Below are positions 23,301-37,200 of a stretch of DNA of 64,000 bases, piece by piece. The notes beneath the pieces were generated by a model. That model did not search any database, had not been told where the DNA came from, and saw nothing but the letters and a program-made list of their open reading frames with translations. Origin of the DNA: Phoronis australis. Lineage: Eukaryota; Animalia; Phoronida. The stretch is from assembly GCA_002633005.1 (NCBI GenBank), contig NMRA01000169.1:219884-283883 (forward strand), read 5' to 3'. Position numbers and translations under genes: made by a program. The first letter of the stretch is position 1. Every line of letters starts with the position of its first letter.

Positions 23301-26300
23301 AAATTTGCCAAGCGCAATTACTTTCATGAACGAAACAGAATAGTATGCACCATATTCATTGAGTGAGTGCATGTCATGTACACCCAGGAATCTTACCTCA
23401 TACACTCTGTAGCGGACAATATCGCTGTGGAGCATCACCTGTTTTAGTTCCCCCAAGAGGTCGCTGCTGGCAAAGAATGCTTCTAGGCTCTCCTGTTGGT
23501 TACCTATTTGGAAATGAGATAAACATTGATGAGATAAATGGCAAATGAGTCCACAGTAGTCTTTCAATAAAAGATTGAACAAAAAAGGGAACGTCACATG
23601 AAATGTCACATGAACACTCAGTCACATGTTAGCAAATGTGTGGGACTGATGACAGGACAAAGAAGTGAAAGAGGGGGACGAGATGTGGAATGCAAGACGG
23701 TACAAGGGACATAACGAGGGTAGGATGAGGTGAAAGAGGAAACAAAGGAGGATGGGAAGCAGAGTGAAAGATGGAAAAACAAGCAAAAGGGAGATAATCA
23801 ATACCTGACTCACAGCATAAGCGTAATTAAGTAAACAATTTCAATACCTACATACATTAGCCACTTGCGGAATTAAACAACCGGAAAGATAATGTATTCC
23901 TTAATAACCCTACAAAAACAAAACCAAAAGAGAAATATGGGGGAAGATGATGAAGTGATTAGGGAGGTAGGGAGAGAATGAGAGGTGTACAGAGTGCAGG
24001 GCAAAAGGAACAGGGGTGAGGGAATACAGGGAAGGAAAGCACAAGGGAGAGAGTAGAAAGATGGGCTAGAGGAAAGGATGGAGGGATGGATAAAAAGAGG
24101 CTATGGACAGAGGGAGAGAGATCAATTAAACATACCAAGCGGTACTAAAGTCTTCTTTGCCAGCTTGGACAGATCTGTATTGTCTGTAGCTAGTGCATGT
24201 ATGACATCATGCAGGAGCTGTCGATGAGAACAAAGTTCCACCGGGTTCTCGTTAGCAATGCGGGAAATCTGGAACAAACCAATCAAATATTAAGTTTGCT
24301 TGAGTACACAAAAAGGGCTCAGAAATCACATTTTGACAAAATTCTCAACTCAAGAAATTTCTTAAGCAAACTCAATAACCTGGAAATCCAACTTCTAATT
24401 ATTTTTTAACTAAATGAATGAAAAATCTTAATTCAAATAAGACACTTCCAATTAAGACAAAATATTTCTCCAAAAACCTTTTATTAATTTGTGTTGCAGC
24501 AAAGAATACAATGGCAAATATTAAAAAATGTCACCAAAATTCAAAATGAATCGGACTGACGTTTTCAAGACTAAAGAGTTGTTTAGCTCCATTGTATACG
24601 TCACGTGAAACTCACAGTAGTTACTTCCGCTAATAGGAAATCAGAGAGGAAGAAAAAGCTATTTTTTGAAATTTTAGCACTGGTTTTAATTAACAGAACT
24701 GATATGGAATGAAAATCAATTTAAAAAACGACAGGTTATCCACTCACACAAAATGCATATCAAATCTATACATTGGTAAGGAATGGACTTTCAACCCCAT
24801 GAGTCCAGTTGGAATTGCAGATTTTGTTAAACGTCGGCCATCGGACTGAGTCTCGATTTATTTTCAGAATGCCCGATTGATTTTACTTGAGTCCAGACAT
24901 TTGCCGAATTCATTTCTGGAAATGGTGTAGACAGAATTCGAGCTCTTTGCCCTTCATGTTTGGCGATTCAAAGCAAAGAACCACTCCGTTTGAAAGTTTT
25001 AATTTGTTTTCTTTGCCGATCAATTCAGGACAAAGCTTGGTTGCCATACTCCAATCTTATTGGGTGTTACTTGTGCGTTTTTCACTCAAATGAATACTGC
25101 TTTTGGTGCATTTCTCATGTCATCAGCCAAACGAAACTGTAGAGCTCATATCATTAATTTGTAAGGAGTTTTGGTGGCTGATCCAATATCTATGATTATC
25201 CCTTATGAAAAACTGCCATGCCATTCACAACTCTTTACTTTGACAGTGGCAATATGAGACATTTGCGTTTTCAGATAGAGTAAATCCCTCAATTTGAACA
25301 TTCAGTGTCGTCTCAGTCTTCCATTATGAAACCCATTCGACGCATTGTTCTGAAAATATAGTTGTGTCATCTGCCGCAAAAAGGCCAAAAAGACAGTGTT
25401 CCAGGTACGGACTTTGACCCAGATCCTGATACGGTAGATGATCCATTTCCCGATCCGGATTGTGGTGATATCACGACTCAGTTAACGAAATTAAAATATG
25501 CGTGCAATGAACGGTGAACCTCTCAACGCACTGGATTTTTACCTACATCAGCATCCCAGTTCCTACAATTCGCTCCAAAATTAAGAATAGGCGATCAACA
25601 ACAAGAACGGGTTTCGAATGGCATAATTGCAAATTTTTAACAATCCAGTGGATAAATATCTCTAGAAAGATTGGTTTTAACTGGCCTTACTCTTCTGTAC
25701 TCTTAGATTTAGGACGCACGTGAATTGGTGTGTTTACTCTACTAATTACATTCAAGATCTTGGACGAGAACGTGGACTCAATGTTGTGCAGTTTCTCCAA
25801 GAATTACGATCATTGCACAGTTTTACTGTTGGCTGTACCAACTTCAGAATGTTGAATTTTATCTGACATTGCTAAAATATTCTCCAAAAGAAAGCTGTGC
25901 ACATGCAAAACATGAAACTCAGGGAAAACATATAGGTTGGACTATAGAGGCCAAGCATGATTCAAATTGCCAACTTCATGGGAAGAAAGAACATTACTGC
26001 TAAAAAGTTTACCCCCCTGGTAGATTTTTGGACTTAAGACGACAATGACATCACTTGTATGAAAGACGCAATCTTTTTTATTCGAGTGTGTCTGCGTACT
26101 GTTTCAAACATGTCTGTATAAACTGCTTTTTCTCCAGGCCTGGGCATACAGATCACACCAAAGCGAGAACAATTGAATGAACTAATGGCTGTAGTATTTT
26201 CGTGCCTTGATGTGAGATGTCAGCTTAGCTGCACTTGACTTGAGGCAAGCAGCTCAGCTTGTAGCTCTCCTCAGTTAACTGGAATAAAAGAATATTTTAA

Positions 26301-28019
26301 CAGACCATTCAATCAGTTACCTGTTTAAGACACACCCTAGACACTTCTGGTAGTGGATGGTGAAGGCCTGAGTTGAGTTCAGATGTGAAGTTATGCAGTA
26401 GAACATGACTGTCTAACACTGACAACAAACGACTCAGGACATCGCAGCATAACACGATTTGATCTCTGCAAAATGGTATTCTATAACAGAATTCTATCAA
26501 ACAACAACTAAAGCCGCTATCAACTATGTTCTGGAGTCTGTGTCATGAAAGTGACTTGATCTAAATCAAGGGTCGTTATTTGACAGGTGTCAGGGCCTAT
26601 ATATTTAACCAAATAATAGCCTCGGTGCAAAACAAATTTTAAATTTACAGCTTTGCACCAATGTGGGTAATAAACTGACACAATGAAAACTGACAAATTC
26701 AATGTCATTAAGACGTTCCTTGAGTATGTTAACTATTTGTTACCATTGCTCAAACGATTGTCATTCTATAGTTATGCTGTTGCTAAATTTATGGAACAAC
26801 AAGATGCATGCATGTTTATTGGCAAACTGAAAACGCTCTAAAGAGTAACACTTGGTACAATCAAATATAAATTTAAAGGTGAGGTCGATGATGAAACCAA
26901 TGTTACTGTATTAGATAGCCAGTACAGAGATCTATTCAAAAACCAAATTTAAACAGGTTCAGCCAAAGACATAATAATTTGAAAAATGGCAGTCACAGCG
27001 AAACCTTGGGTTCGATTTTACCCATGAACAAATAAGTCTTTGGGCTATTAACTAAGTTGACACGGTACCTAAATTTCATGCCGATCAGACAAAAATGGGA
27101 TCTCAAGTACAATTATGATGGGGTAACTAAGTGCAGCTTTAACTAATCAACGGATCACTAGAACGGTAAATCGTAGACAAAAATGAGTTCCATAATGCTG
27201 ATAGCGCATGTATAAAGATCTATATCCACATACCAAATATCAGACCTGTCAATTGGGTCACTGAAGATAGGGCACAAAAACTCAGTTGATTGGAGAGCAG
27301 TCGTAGGAAAATCTCAAATAACTCAAGAAAAACAAATCACACATTTGCGATAGCCCTTGAAATGACCTACCCAAAGAAAACAATCCCACCAGAAGTAGTG
27401 GACCTATAGCTCCGCAAATCAAAAAAGGGGAAAAGGGGCTGCTACAGGCGCAATTCATTGCAGTGCCATCTCGCATTCAATTTTAACCAAAAACAATAGG
27501 CATTGAGACAATTATGGTACACGTGATGAGTGAAAATTTTACTTTGATCTGATAAGAATTGCGACTTGTAGTGTGCCAACGTCAAGAAATAAACAAAAAA
27601 CAACAAAATTTTATGACAATTATAGCATACTTGGATTTCACCAAGTATATTAGCATGTAGCAAAGGATGCATGCCTACGATCTAACAACACGTCCTGATA
27701 GGTATGGCCGGGGCAACATAGGGACCGCACACGAACAGCCGTACAGTCATCATACAACAAGCTGTCAGCATGACTTCCAACTCCCTAAGGGCCTAAGCCT
27801 ATGCCTATGGGGCCTGCAAAATGCAAACGCCACTAACCTATTTGAGGTATTCAAAAAATCAAAAACCAAATTAAACGAAGTATTTGCCACTACGTCTTTC
27901 AAGGCGGACGGGTGTAATGAACACAATGCTGTTTTCAACTTCTCGAGAGCAGCTACAGGATCCTTGGTGTTGGGAAGAGCGTCAAGAAGCCCAGCAATGG
28001 CACTGCGCGAAACATCCAT
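11332..28019 (-). CDS. PSMD5: 26S proteasome non-ATPase regulatory subunit 5 (S5b/Hsm3-type base assembly chaperone), 9 exons, 505 aa
   Basis: Exons 28019-27838, 26465-26321, 24268-24136, 23503-23397, 22364-22230, 21844-21727, 14725-14537, 13056-12947, 11730-11332. Total 1518 nt, all GT..AG, phases consistent. Recognisable motifs: DIVRYRVYE, DDLLVQLNALE, FLLPGLIKFFG, QQPFVELH, PGFNEFLLNRSTERTKEGKELKYEIVK, YVKEGPFYV. An in-frame upstream ATG at 28061 could add 14 aa. Confidence 0.95.
13240..13812 (-). mobile_element. Helentron/DINE-1-like non-autonomous repeat, family D
   Basis: Ends in ggacgctggacagagatgactgcataatg...gcgcataaaaa, the reverse complement of the terminus at 63815; internal gccactagg subrepeats. 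Superfamily assignment is inferred from architecture. Confidence 0.6.
14627..16398. other. ~880-bp near-identical direct duplication flanking a single N (14627-15505 / 15507-16398); probable uncollapsed haplotype overlap
   Basis: Copy 2 starts immediately after the N at 15506, in the middle of PSMD5 exon 7. The copies differ only by SNPs and small indels. Confidence 0.85.
16090..17827 (-). mobile_element. Long family D element with an internal array of ~145-bp subrepeats
   Basis: Recurring G(C/T)CACTAG(A/G)NGGC-like motif at 16374, 16521, 16661, 16821, 16963, 17106, 17259 and 17610. Terminal (ggac)n-agagatgacagcataatg at 17760-17800. Confidence 0.7.
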
Positions 28020-28705
28020 GCTTCCTCCAAGGCCAATGTTTTGAAATTGTTGCACTGTCATCCCAAGAACTAAATATCTAAAACTTAAAATAATACCAAT
28101 ATAGATTAAGTATATGTCACTAACTTATACTATTTTAGACCTTTAAAGTGTAAAACAAAGGTACCAATAAACTAATTTTTTAAAAAAACTAGACGACATC
28201 AAGGGATATATTCACCGTTTTGCTGTTGCCTTGACACATTTACTATTATCATGGAACAGATCTCGCATTGTGCTTCCGCTTAACGAGATTTGTTGCGTTG
28301 GGAACAGCGTCAAGTTGAAATGTAAAATTGTGATAGAATTTCAATATACGGAGGGAATTTGGTAAGAAATAATCTTTTGGGGAACTAATTTGGGACGCTT
28401 CATGTCGTATAATGACATTCTTCATTATTTTGCATCCATTACCTGTCAGAATAATAGTCAACTTGCCGTCCAAAAATGTGTCATTCAAATTTCAACAAGC
28501 ATGTCAACATTGTCATTGACTATGATTGACTGTCAAGTTTCATGCATCATGTTCTAGATTGTAATGCTAAACTTAAGCTAGTGTTATCGGTAATTGTTTA
28601 CAATATGAAGACATTGACTTACACATATGATTTTGGTATCGTTCAATTCCTTGCAACGTTATCTTTCCAAAATACACAGAAATTTTTCCTACAGTCTAGA
28701 GAGTC

Positions 28706-29495
28706 AAGTGACCTAATTATCGGACGTTTTGGCACATTTTGCATTATATTTAATTGAAAATAGCACGGATTGTTGTAAATTCTTTGCTGAAATAAAGATT
28801 TACCTTTACTATATCTTGTCACCGAAAGGCATATATGTTCTGACTGATCGTTAAAAAACACAACTAGCAATCCTTCGGAGAACCTTATAAATATCGGACA
28901 CCATGTCATGTCCATGTTTCCCCATACGCCACACCGTGGAAAACTGACTAACCACATAATGGCCGCGAGCACCTAAGTAGCAAAATTTCAGCTCAAGTGT
29001 TTTGACATATATGCTGCTAGAACACAGATCCATTCGCAACATAATCATCCATAAAATGATATCTGATGACGGCGCCAAGTCATTTTGATGAATCAGTGCA
29101 GACGACTAAAGCACGTGCAAAGTCACTGCAGTTTTTAGTATCTCTTTGGCTTCTTGATATGATGACACCCATACGTGCGCGGTCGGGGTTTGACTTGAGT
29201 TTAAAAACAAATGAAAAAAGGGAACAGTGACATATTGTCAGTTCAATGAGATTGTATCATTGTGGAAAAAGATTTTGTTTTCTACTTTTATAACCGATTT
29301 ATGCGATCGTCCATTTTAGGCTGACTTGGGGGTCTAAATTACACCCTCTCTCGGTGAAATCAAAACGAGGCAACGCTGTAAAAAACGAGACAATGCCAGA
29401 CATTGAATGCATTACAGCGGAACAAAAATTGGTGTGATTTAATTCTCAGATTATGCTTCAAGTAAGATTTTATGAAATGTCCGATATTTAGGGTC
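28706..29495 (-). repeat. Interspersed repeat family C, second copy
   Basis: Reverse complement of 1985-2760. Confidence 0.8.
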
Positions 29496-30527
29496 CGTCC
29501 TATAATTAGGTACACGATGTGTTCCCCATTCCTTTTGTGAAATTTCTGCTCATACTATTTTCCAATACGCGGTAGTAATACTGCCATGTTGTATGGAAGG
29601 AGTCACCTGGCGGTCAAAAACTGAACTAATCTACGGACTTCTGCAGATCGTCACATTTTATAAGGTCAAATTGACCAAGACCTGTCTATTCCCTGCCCGA
29701 GTTATGTTCCCAAGGGTTCGAATTCGACCCTGGTACGCATCTAGCTGCGGGCAATAATCCGCAAAAAGCGGAGGTTGTTTTCGAGGTTCTAATTGGTGAA
29801 AAGGGTATCACTTCAAACAATTTCGTGGAAAAATGGTCGAATGTTCACAATTATATAAACATTAGAAAAGGTGAAATGCTGCTACATTCCTCCATATTAT
29901 GCCAGGAAAACTTTAGTGGGAATCCTGTTTCATTCATTAACAACGGGTGTCGCTGTAATCTTGAGTTGAGCTAACATGGTGGTGTCAACCGGAAAGTAGT
30001 GCGAACGGAAATTCGACGATAAAATAAGGAGAAAATGCTCTAGGGGATACATTCATATATTGTTGCAAGATAATGTTACAACGAATCAAATGATACCAAA
30101 ATCATGTGTGTAGGTCAATGTCGTCATCACTTGTTGGTCCTCCAATGTCTGCCCTATGCCATAGAGCAGGATTGGTGGTCGTCATGGCTATCTTGCGGAT
30201 GTTGCCAATTACCTTTTCCTGAATGAAAATGTATTCAAAACCAAAAGCCCAACGAATTCAGACTTGTCTGACAAATGCTTACCCTTGATCCTTTACTCTT
30301 ACCATTAAGTTGTGTGCAATTTGCTACACCACAGGTTAAAAGTGGTCCATTGGCATTGATAATGATGTTGTCTTACAACTTTTTTGGTCAGGTGATCTAT
30401 AATTTGCAAATTTAGGACAAGAAGCTCAGAGAGGGACATAACTATAGTTTCGGCAATACAATTATAACCAATCTATTATTGGCAGGTGAAGTGTGATGAG
30501 TTTGTTGGTCATATTACTTCCTCTTAA

Positions 30528-31034
30528 GGTTATCTAGAACCTTAATAAATGACCTCAACTCTAAGTCAAGTATCAAAAAACTATGCTTTGTCAACCATTA
30601 AAAGTAGATATTTTCTGGATGGGGAAAGTTCGAGGACTCTAAATATATGTTTCCTGCTACTGTGTCCTTATTATTGTTACGTTACCACATTTTTATGTCA
30701 AATTTTCATGGCGTAAAGTTTTTCATGTAATATAGTTATAGTAAAATTGGCTGGAGGTGTTGTGAAGTTTATCGATTTAAAAAAGTTCACAGCAAAATAA
30801 ACCCCGCTCTGGGCAGGGTCTATTTTGTTGTGAATGTACCTTTCTTGCTCTTGAAAATTTGACTTAAAAAACGTGGTCACATGACAATAATAAAGACACA
30901 GTAGCAAGAAACATATTTTTGGAATCCCCGATCTTTCTCCTTTCAGAAAATAATAGTCTTTTAATAGTTCACAAAGCATAGTTTTTTCGAAATTGACTTA
31001 GAGTTGAGGTCATTTATTAAGGTCCTAGGTAACC
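30528..31034. mobile_element. Non-autonomous DNA transposon with ~80-bp TIRs and TTAA target-site duplication (Kolobok-like)
   Basis: TTAA|ggttatctagaaccttaataaatgacctcaactctaagtcaa ... ttgacttagagttgaggtcatttattaaggtcctaggtaacc|TTAA. GG..CC termini plus TTAA fit Kolobok rather than piggyBac. Confidence 0.8.
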
Positions 31035-31241
31035 TTAATAGTTATTTTCATTTGTTTTATGAATATATTGTATAGATTTATGACTTAAGCAAAACTTTTC
31101 TTTGCATGACTAACACAATTCTATGTTGCTGGTTCTTAAGTGCACCAGATTTTCTTTTCAGCTCTTGTATTGATGCTTTATGTTGACCATGTGCTTACCA
31201 TTTCACTAGATCTTGATTCCTTTTTACAGGTCTTTTAGAAA

Positions 31242-34200
31242 ATGGCGGAATCCATAGAAGTTAAACCTGCAAAAGTTGTGCAGAATGGCAAAGTTTATCG
31301 TCAGATTTTTGATGCTGAGGTAATTGAGCTTGGACATGCTGTACATTGCTTTGGTGTTTTATCAGTGACTTATCATTCCTAAGTACCCATAACAAAGCAC
31401 GCATTGGACAGAATGGAGTCCATTGTTTTGTTTTGTGGGAACATTCATGGACACTAAGTAATTTAATTCTAGTTTGCAGTTTATGATTTCTGCTTATGTT
31501 AATTATTGATGCACGGGTCTTCAATTTTTAATGTCAGCAGAGACTGGGTGCTGATAAAAGTTAAATTATGAAACAGGACTTGACACTTGACGTAACATTA
31601 ACTTACCAAATGCTACCTGGCAAATGGTAAATGAGCTCTCCAAAACAGGGAGACCTGGTGGCCATGGCCTTCACAAATTAGATATATTCCGCTTGAACAT
31701 CCAAAAATGAAATGTCAGTGTTTTATTATTAGTCGAATAGAGAAATAGTGATAATTTGTGTGCACAATATGATGTTTTATTTTTCCCCGTTCACCTGTTA
31801 CCTAAGAAGTCGAGTCATTTTTATGTGCCCACATATTTATATGTGGACGCATTATGCTGTCATCTCCGTCCGTCCGCCCGTCTGGCATCCGTCTGCCCGA
31901 ATTTTTTTGTTTTGATTGTTTTGACATGTTGCCAATTTTTCGACAAGAAAAATTTCATTTTGTAAATTTTATGGAAAAAACAAAATACTGTTGGATCATA
32001 TTATGGTGAAATGTCACCAATTTTGTACTAATATAATATCCAGTTGTTTTTTTCCTTTTCAAAAGACTTTTAAGATTGTTATGGATGTTGTCTGATGGTA
32101 TCTATGATATAAATCTTTAAAAATGATATAGCATTGATAAGGGGCTACCTAACTTTTGTGAAACATGAAACAAAAACAAAAATAAAATTTTGCTTGCTGG
32201 TCATATTGCATCCTAAATTGGTGACATTTAATGTGATACAAAACAAATTTCTAGGTGCAGCTGGTTAAGTCTCTGAAGAAAACCACCAAGGATAGAGAGC
32301 AGAAAGGTGTGCAGGTCAAAGATCGGGATGGCGGTAAACCGTCTGTGCCGCAGCCCAGAGACGACACCGAGGGCACGGGACTACTGACCTCTCGCCAGAG
32401 AACATGGGTCGAGGGCTTCCCGAATGAGCAGAGTATTGAGAACCCAGTGCTTTACAGGTTAGGAATTTAGACTTCAAGTCATCTTAAAAGTCACTAAACT
32501 CACCATTTGTCACTAAAACCTTAACTTTTGAAATTGGTCTCTAATTGCTCCTTAAAGATGTGGTATCTGGGCTTGGAAAGAATTGTCATGTCATCACTGC
32601 TTGAGACACTTCAACCTGACTTGTTGTGACATGTCAGTTCATCACTGCTTGAAACCAGACACTTCAACCTGACTTGTTGTGACGTGTCAGTTCATCACTG
32701 CTTGAGACCAGACCAGGTAAATAAAACAAACAAGAATGGGTCAACTGAAATTTTCGGTTATAATAACGTCCTTTGTCAACTGAAACAGAAATAATTTAAG
32801 TAAAATCAAACACTATATGACAATTGACCTTTAAGATGTGGTGTAATGAATATGATACATTTTTGCGTAAAAGATTCAATGATATAATTTAAGAGAATTG
32901 AATTTTTTACGCTAAAATGTATCGTATTCATTACGCCACATCTTAAATGTCAATTGTCATATAGTGTTTGATTTTACTTTATTTCTGTATCTGCTGACAA
33001 AGGACGTTATTATATCCGAAAATTTCAGTTGATCCGTTCTTGTTGTTTTATTTACCTATTTATATTTTGTTTAAAGTAAAAAATGGAATTTTACAGACTT
33101 TCTTCTTTTGGAAAAAATTAATACATACTTACAGTGTGAAAAATTCTCTAGTTTTGGAAATATTTGGTGAAATGCACAAACTTGCTAATTAGGTCTTAGG
33201 TAACCTTTTTAATGAACATGTTGGTTTTTTGTGTGTGTCGATTGGCCTTGTTTTTGTTTTTTGTCTGGTTTCAGCTTTTTCTCTTTATCTGCTCCTTGCT
33301 TTTCTGAGCTATTACAAAAATACTGGACTTGTGGTGTGTTCAAAAATGGCGTTAATTCAATTGGGCTGAACCAAACATGACTTTCACAGACAAAAATGCC
33401 CCCTTTCTGTAACTGGTGGTTTCTCCTTGATTCATTCCAGGCAAGTTAATGACTACCTGACCAATCAGAGTATGGAATCGTTCAGCACACTGGCGGGGAG
33501 GGAAGTACGTGGCCTGCCGGACGTCGTCAGTAAGTCGGTCATAGTGCTGGTTGGTAAAGCAAATATACTCAGAGTAGAGTTCACATGCTAGAGTCATAGT
33601 GCTGGTAAAGCAAATATACTTAAAGTTGAGTTCACATGCTAGAGTAGAAGCAGAGAGGTTCAGCAAAAAGAGTTGTTGAATGTTGCAAGCAGTTTATCCC
33701 GTTCAATCCGCCATCTTTTTGTTACATCACGTGAACTAATAAATATTGTTGAATGTTATTCCAATTATTGTGGCTTATTGTAAAAGATTTGGCAAAAACC
33801 CGAAAGGAAATCATACAAAAAATGTTATTTGAATTTCAAATCATTTGAAAATCAGCCCGAAATTTTTGCTTTGAAATTTAGCTGATTTTCGACATGAAGA
33901 AGTTTCTTCTTTTAATCTATCTGTGTTGACAGAATTGTTTCAGGATTATAAACCGTATAAAATTAGTAACATGCGTATTTACATGCATTATCTTTTTAAC
34001 ACAGTCTGTGAAATTAACCACAATATACTGATCAGTCACTTAAAAAACGAAATTTACTAGAATATTCGTGCCCAGATGCATTTTAATCTTTCCTTTTTTC
34101 ATAAATTTGACTTCAACATGATTTATATCTATGAAACAGCAACTTCTAGGCACTCTATAAAGTCCCGGTTCATCTGCTTTTTCCACTCATTATCATCAAA

Positions 34201-37200
34201 AGCACCTTATACGTTCCTTTTCTGGGAAAAGGAAAAACATTGGACAAATTGTTATTACTGAAGGCTTTCTAGTAATGTATATATATTTATTCAATAACTA
34301 GGCCTCTGGCCCTTGTTACAATCAAATCATCAAATACAATAAAGGTAAGTGTCAAACACTAGCAGTGAATCGAGTTTTTCTTCGCTTGAATGCGAAATGA
34401 ACATAATTATTTACATGTTGACCATAAGATCTTTTTCCTCCATAGTCATAAGCCTGTTGAATTTTGTAACATTGGGATTGTTGTAGCTCCATGCAGGCAA
34501 ATATCATTTCCTGAGGTCATCGTAGAATGGGCATTCGATAACAAAATGATATTCTGACTCGACATATGGCCTAACACAGAGAGGGCATAACCTTTCTGTT
34601 CTGCTAAGTTTCAAGTGTCATAGTGCATGCGCTGAACATCTTAATCTTACCATATCAGATCTAACATTTGCATTCATTTGTCAATCACATCTAAATAGTT
34701 TTCAAAACATATATCTAACTTAAAAGTTCTGTAAGTTTCCATCTTAATCGAATTGTTCAAAATTTCTTGCCATTTTTGCTGATCAGTATCCTTACATCTT
34801 TATTTAAAAGTGATTTGAAGCTTGTCTCGGAACCTACATCCTGATTGTACCATGCTTCTCCAAAACCAAACTGAAATAGCAATTTCTTAACGTCATTAAC
34901 CCAGCACGGTTTATTAGCATTTTCCGTCATATTGTACTGCCATTCATAGCAATGATATGTAATTTTGAGGCATCGGTTTTTAATAGAGAAGTTTTAACCA
35001 ATATTTCATAATTCTAGGAAGTCGGTAAGCAACCAAGGAGTAACGACCCATCTCACCTCTAACAGTTGATGAAATTGCCGTGCTAGGCAAATTAAAAATT
35101 TCTTTGCAAAATTCTGTGTGGAGTATTTCAATACATTCGCAGTCACTAATATGTGGCTATCTGCACAATAACAACTGTGATGGTTCTGTGTTCAGACAAT
35201 AGATTGAGATACTGCTTTGTAACAGCATCTGTAACATCATGGTAGAAATTTTTTTCATCTTACTCTTAATACGGCAGGGAATGGATTTTGCTATATACGA
35301 TTCACCACGAGTGCGATTAATAATGTGTGCCTCGCACAATGGATTGTTTATAGATCATTGTGCTCTTTTTTTCAGTTCCTGCGAAGACTGGCTCGGACAT
35401 CATAGACAGGATTGCCGAAAGCCGTCGAGTTCGTCACGAGGCCGCACTGGAAGACATGCGACAGGAGATTGGTATGATCAGCACGGTAAGACAAAAATGA
35501 TCATTAGATGATTTGCCATTTGATACTGAGTGTCTGAGTAAAAATAAGACGGACAAGTTTATTGAGGAAAATGTTATTGCAATAAAGTAATTTAAAAAGT
35601 TTACTGACTCAGAGGAAAAGATTACTGCCCGATATTTTCTTCTCGTCAAAGTGGAGTGTATCCCCTTGTGGCTAGGCAACAATTTTTTCTGTTCAAGTTC
35701 ATCAATTATTAGTTATGAACTTAAATACAAAAATATACGAAATGGAGATTTTAGTACTTTTGCCTTACACTTAAACCATATTACTCTTATAATTCTGTTT
35801 AGTAGGTTTTAATTATAGTGGTGAACTTTCTTACCACTAGCATCTTTCTGTCTTATGAAAATGTACAGAGAATGTTTGAGAGACAGTATGAGAAAGTGCT
35901 TCATTGTCAGTGATGTAACCCATCTGTCTCATCTCCACTTAGCATTCCGCCTGTACAGCATCCTCAGTTGACAAACTGCACATTACTGGAGCTCAGGCAA
36001 GAAATAATTTGTCACTGAATGAAAACTTACACCTTCTGAATCATTCACAGGAACTTGAACCGAGGATCACAGAGGCTGGTAACCTGTTGTTAAGCAACCT
36101 GGCTGAGAATAACACAGTGATTGAGCAATTAATGAAGCGAATTGAGAAAGATGAGGTATGGAATCAATGTGGTTTTGTGTGTACCAACGTAGCTTCCTGT
36201 TATTTATTAAGAGGGTGAAGGGATTTTTGTGACCTCTGAAATATCATTTTTGTGGTGCGTTAACGTGATAATATGGCATTTTTCATACCCGCGAATCGTG
36301 ATGTGAAGGTCAACGTGAACAAGTATTTTTAGGCTGACAACAACTGCGAAATTCGTCTGAATCCTTGAATGTGAATGAAAATTGTGATGGGGGGTGTCAC
36401 AGGGGGGGGGGCAACAAGAGGAGGAATTGAAAATCTGCCATCATCGTAAAATGGATAATTTTACATGCATCGTCCGTGACACAACACTCCTTCACTCCCT
36501 CATTGTGAACTGAAGGCTGTGAAAATTGTAATTAGGTTTGCTCAAGTCATAGCAGGGAGTGTGAAGAATAGTGAGCAGTTAGAAATTATTCGAGGATTGT
36601 GTTGTCTTTGTTCATGAAATCCAGTGTAAACAAATTGTGTTCAGTTTAAGCTGCAATCTTCATGGTTATAAAATTGTTTGAATTCGTTTGACAGTATGAC
36701 ATAGTGCAATGCTGAAATTGTTTTCTTCAGCTTAATGCCTCAGATAAATTAAGGTCAAGGTCGTTATCATTGCGGCTACCTCTCCATCTCATTGAAGTGA
36801 GGGTAAGGTGAGGCAAAGCACAGTTACATTAAAGTGACATTATCGGTGAGAAAAATGTTTTTCTGAGATCAGCCCCAGTGTGCAACTGGGCCTAAATTGC
36901 TTTCCACAGACACAGCCAAACGCTCTTTTAGCTAAGCTAAATCCTACACTATTAATGGCGGCGTATTCTATTGTGCTCAACTAGGAATTCTAAATAGTAA
37001 AAGTCACCAGCATTGATTTTAGCTAATGTCTGGCTGCCAATAGCGAGAATTGACGATTTGTAGTAAAATCACACTTAATGCAATTTGTTTTACCGCACAG
37101 ATCAAAGGTAATAACCCTTACTTCAACAAGTCTCCCAGCCAACAATAATTTCAAAAATGTTTGTTTTTGGCTGTAAGCACAATAATGGCCCTTTAATGAA

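Noticed and set aside
27667-28044. 125-aa plus-strand ORF
   Set aside because: Antisense shadow of PSMD5 exon 1.
30150-30215. X-box-like motifs upstream of CCDC180 (gtcgtcatggctat, gttgccaattacc)
   Set aside because: Too many mismatches and the TSS is unknown; not supportable by eye.
32592-33645. CRISPR-like repeat/spacer pattern
   Set aside because: Simple head-to-tail tandem duplications without unique spacers, in eukaryotic introns.
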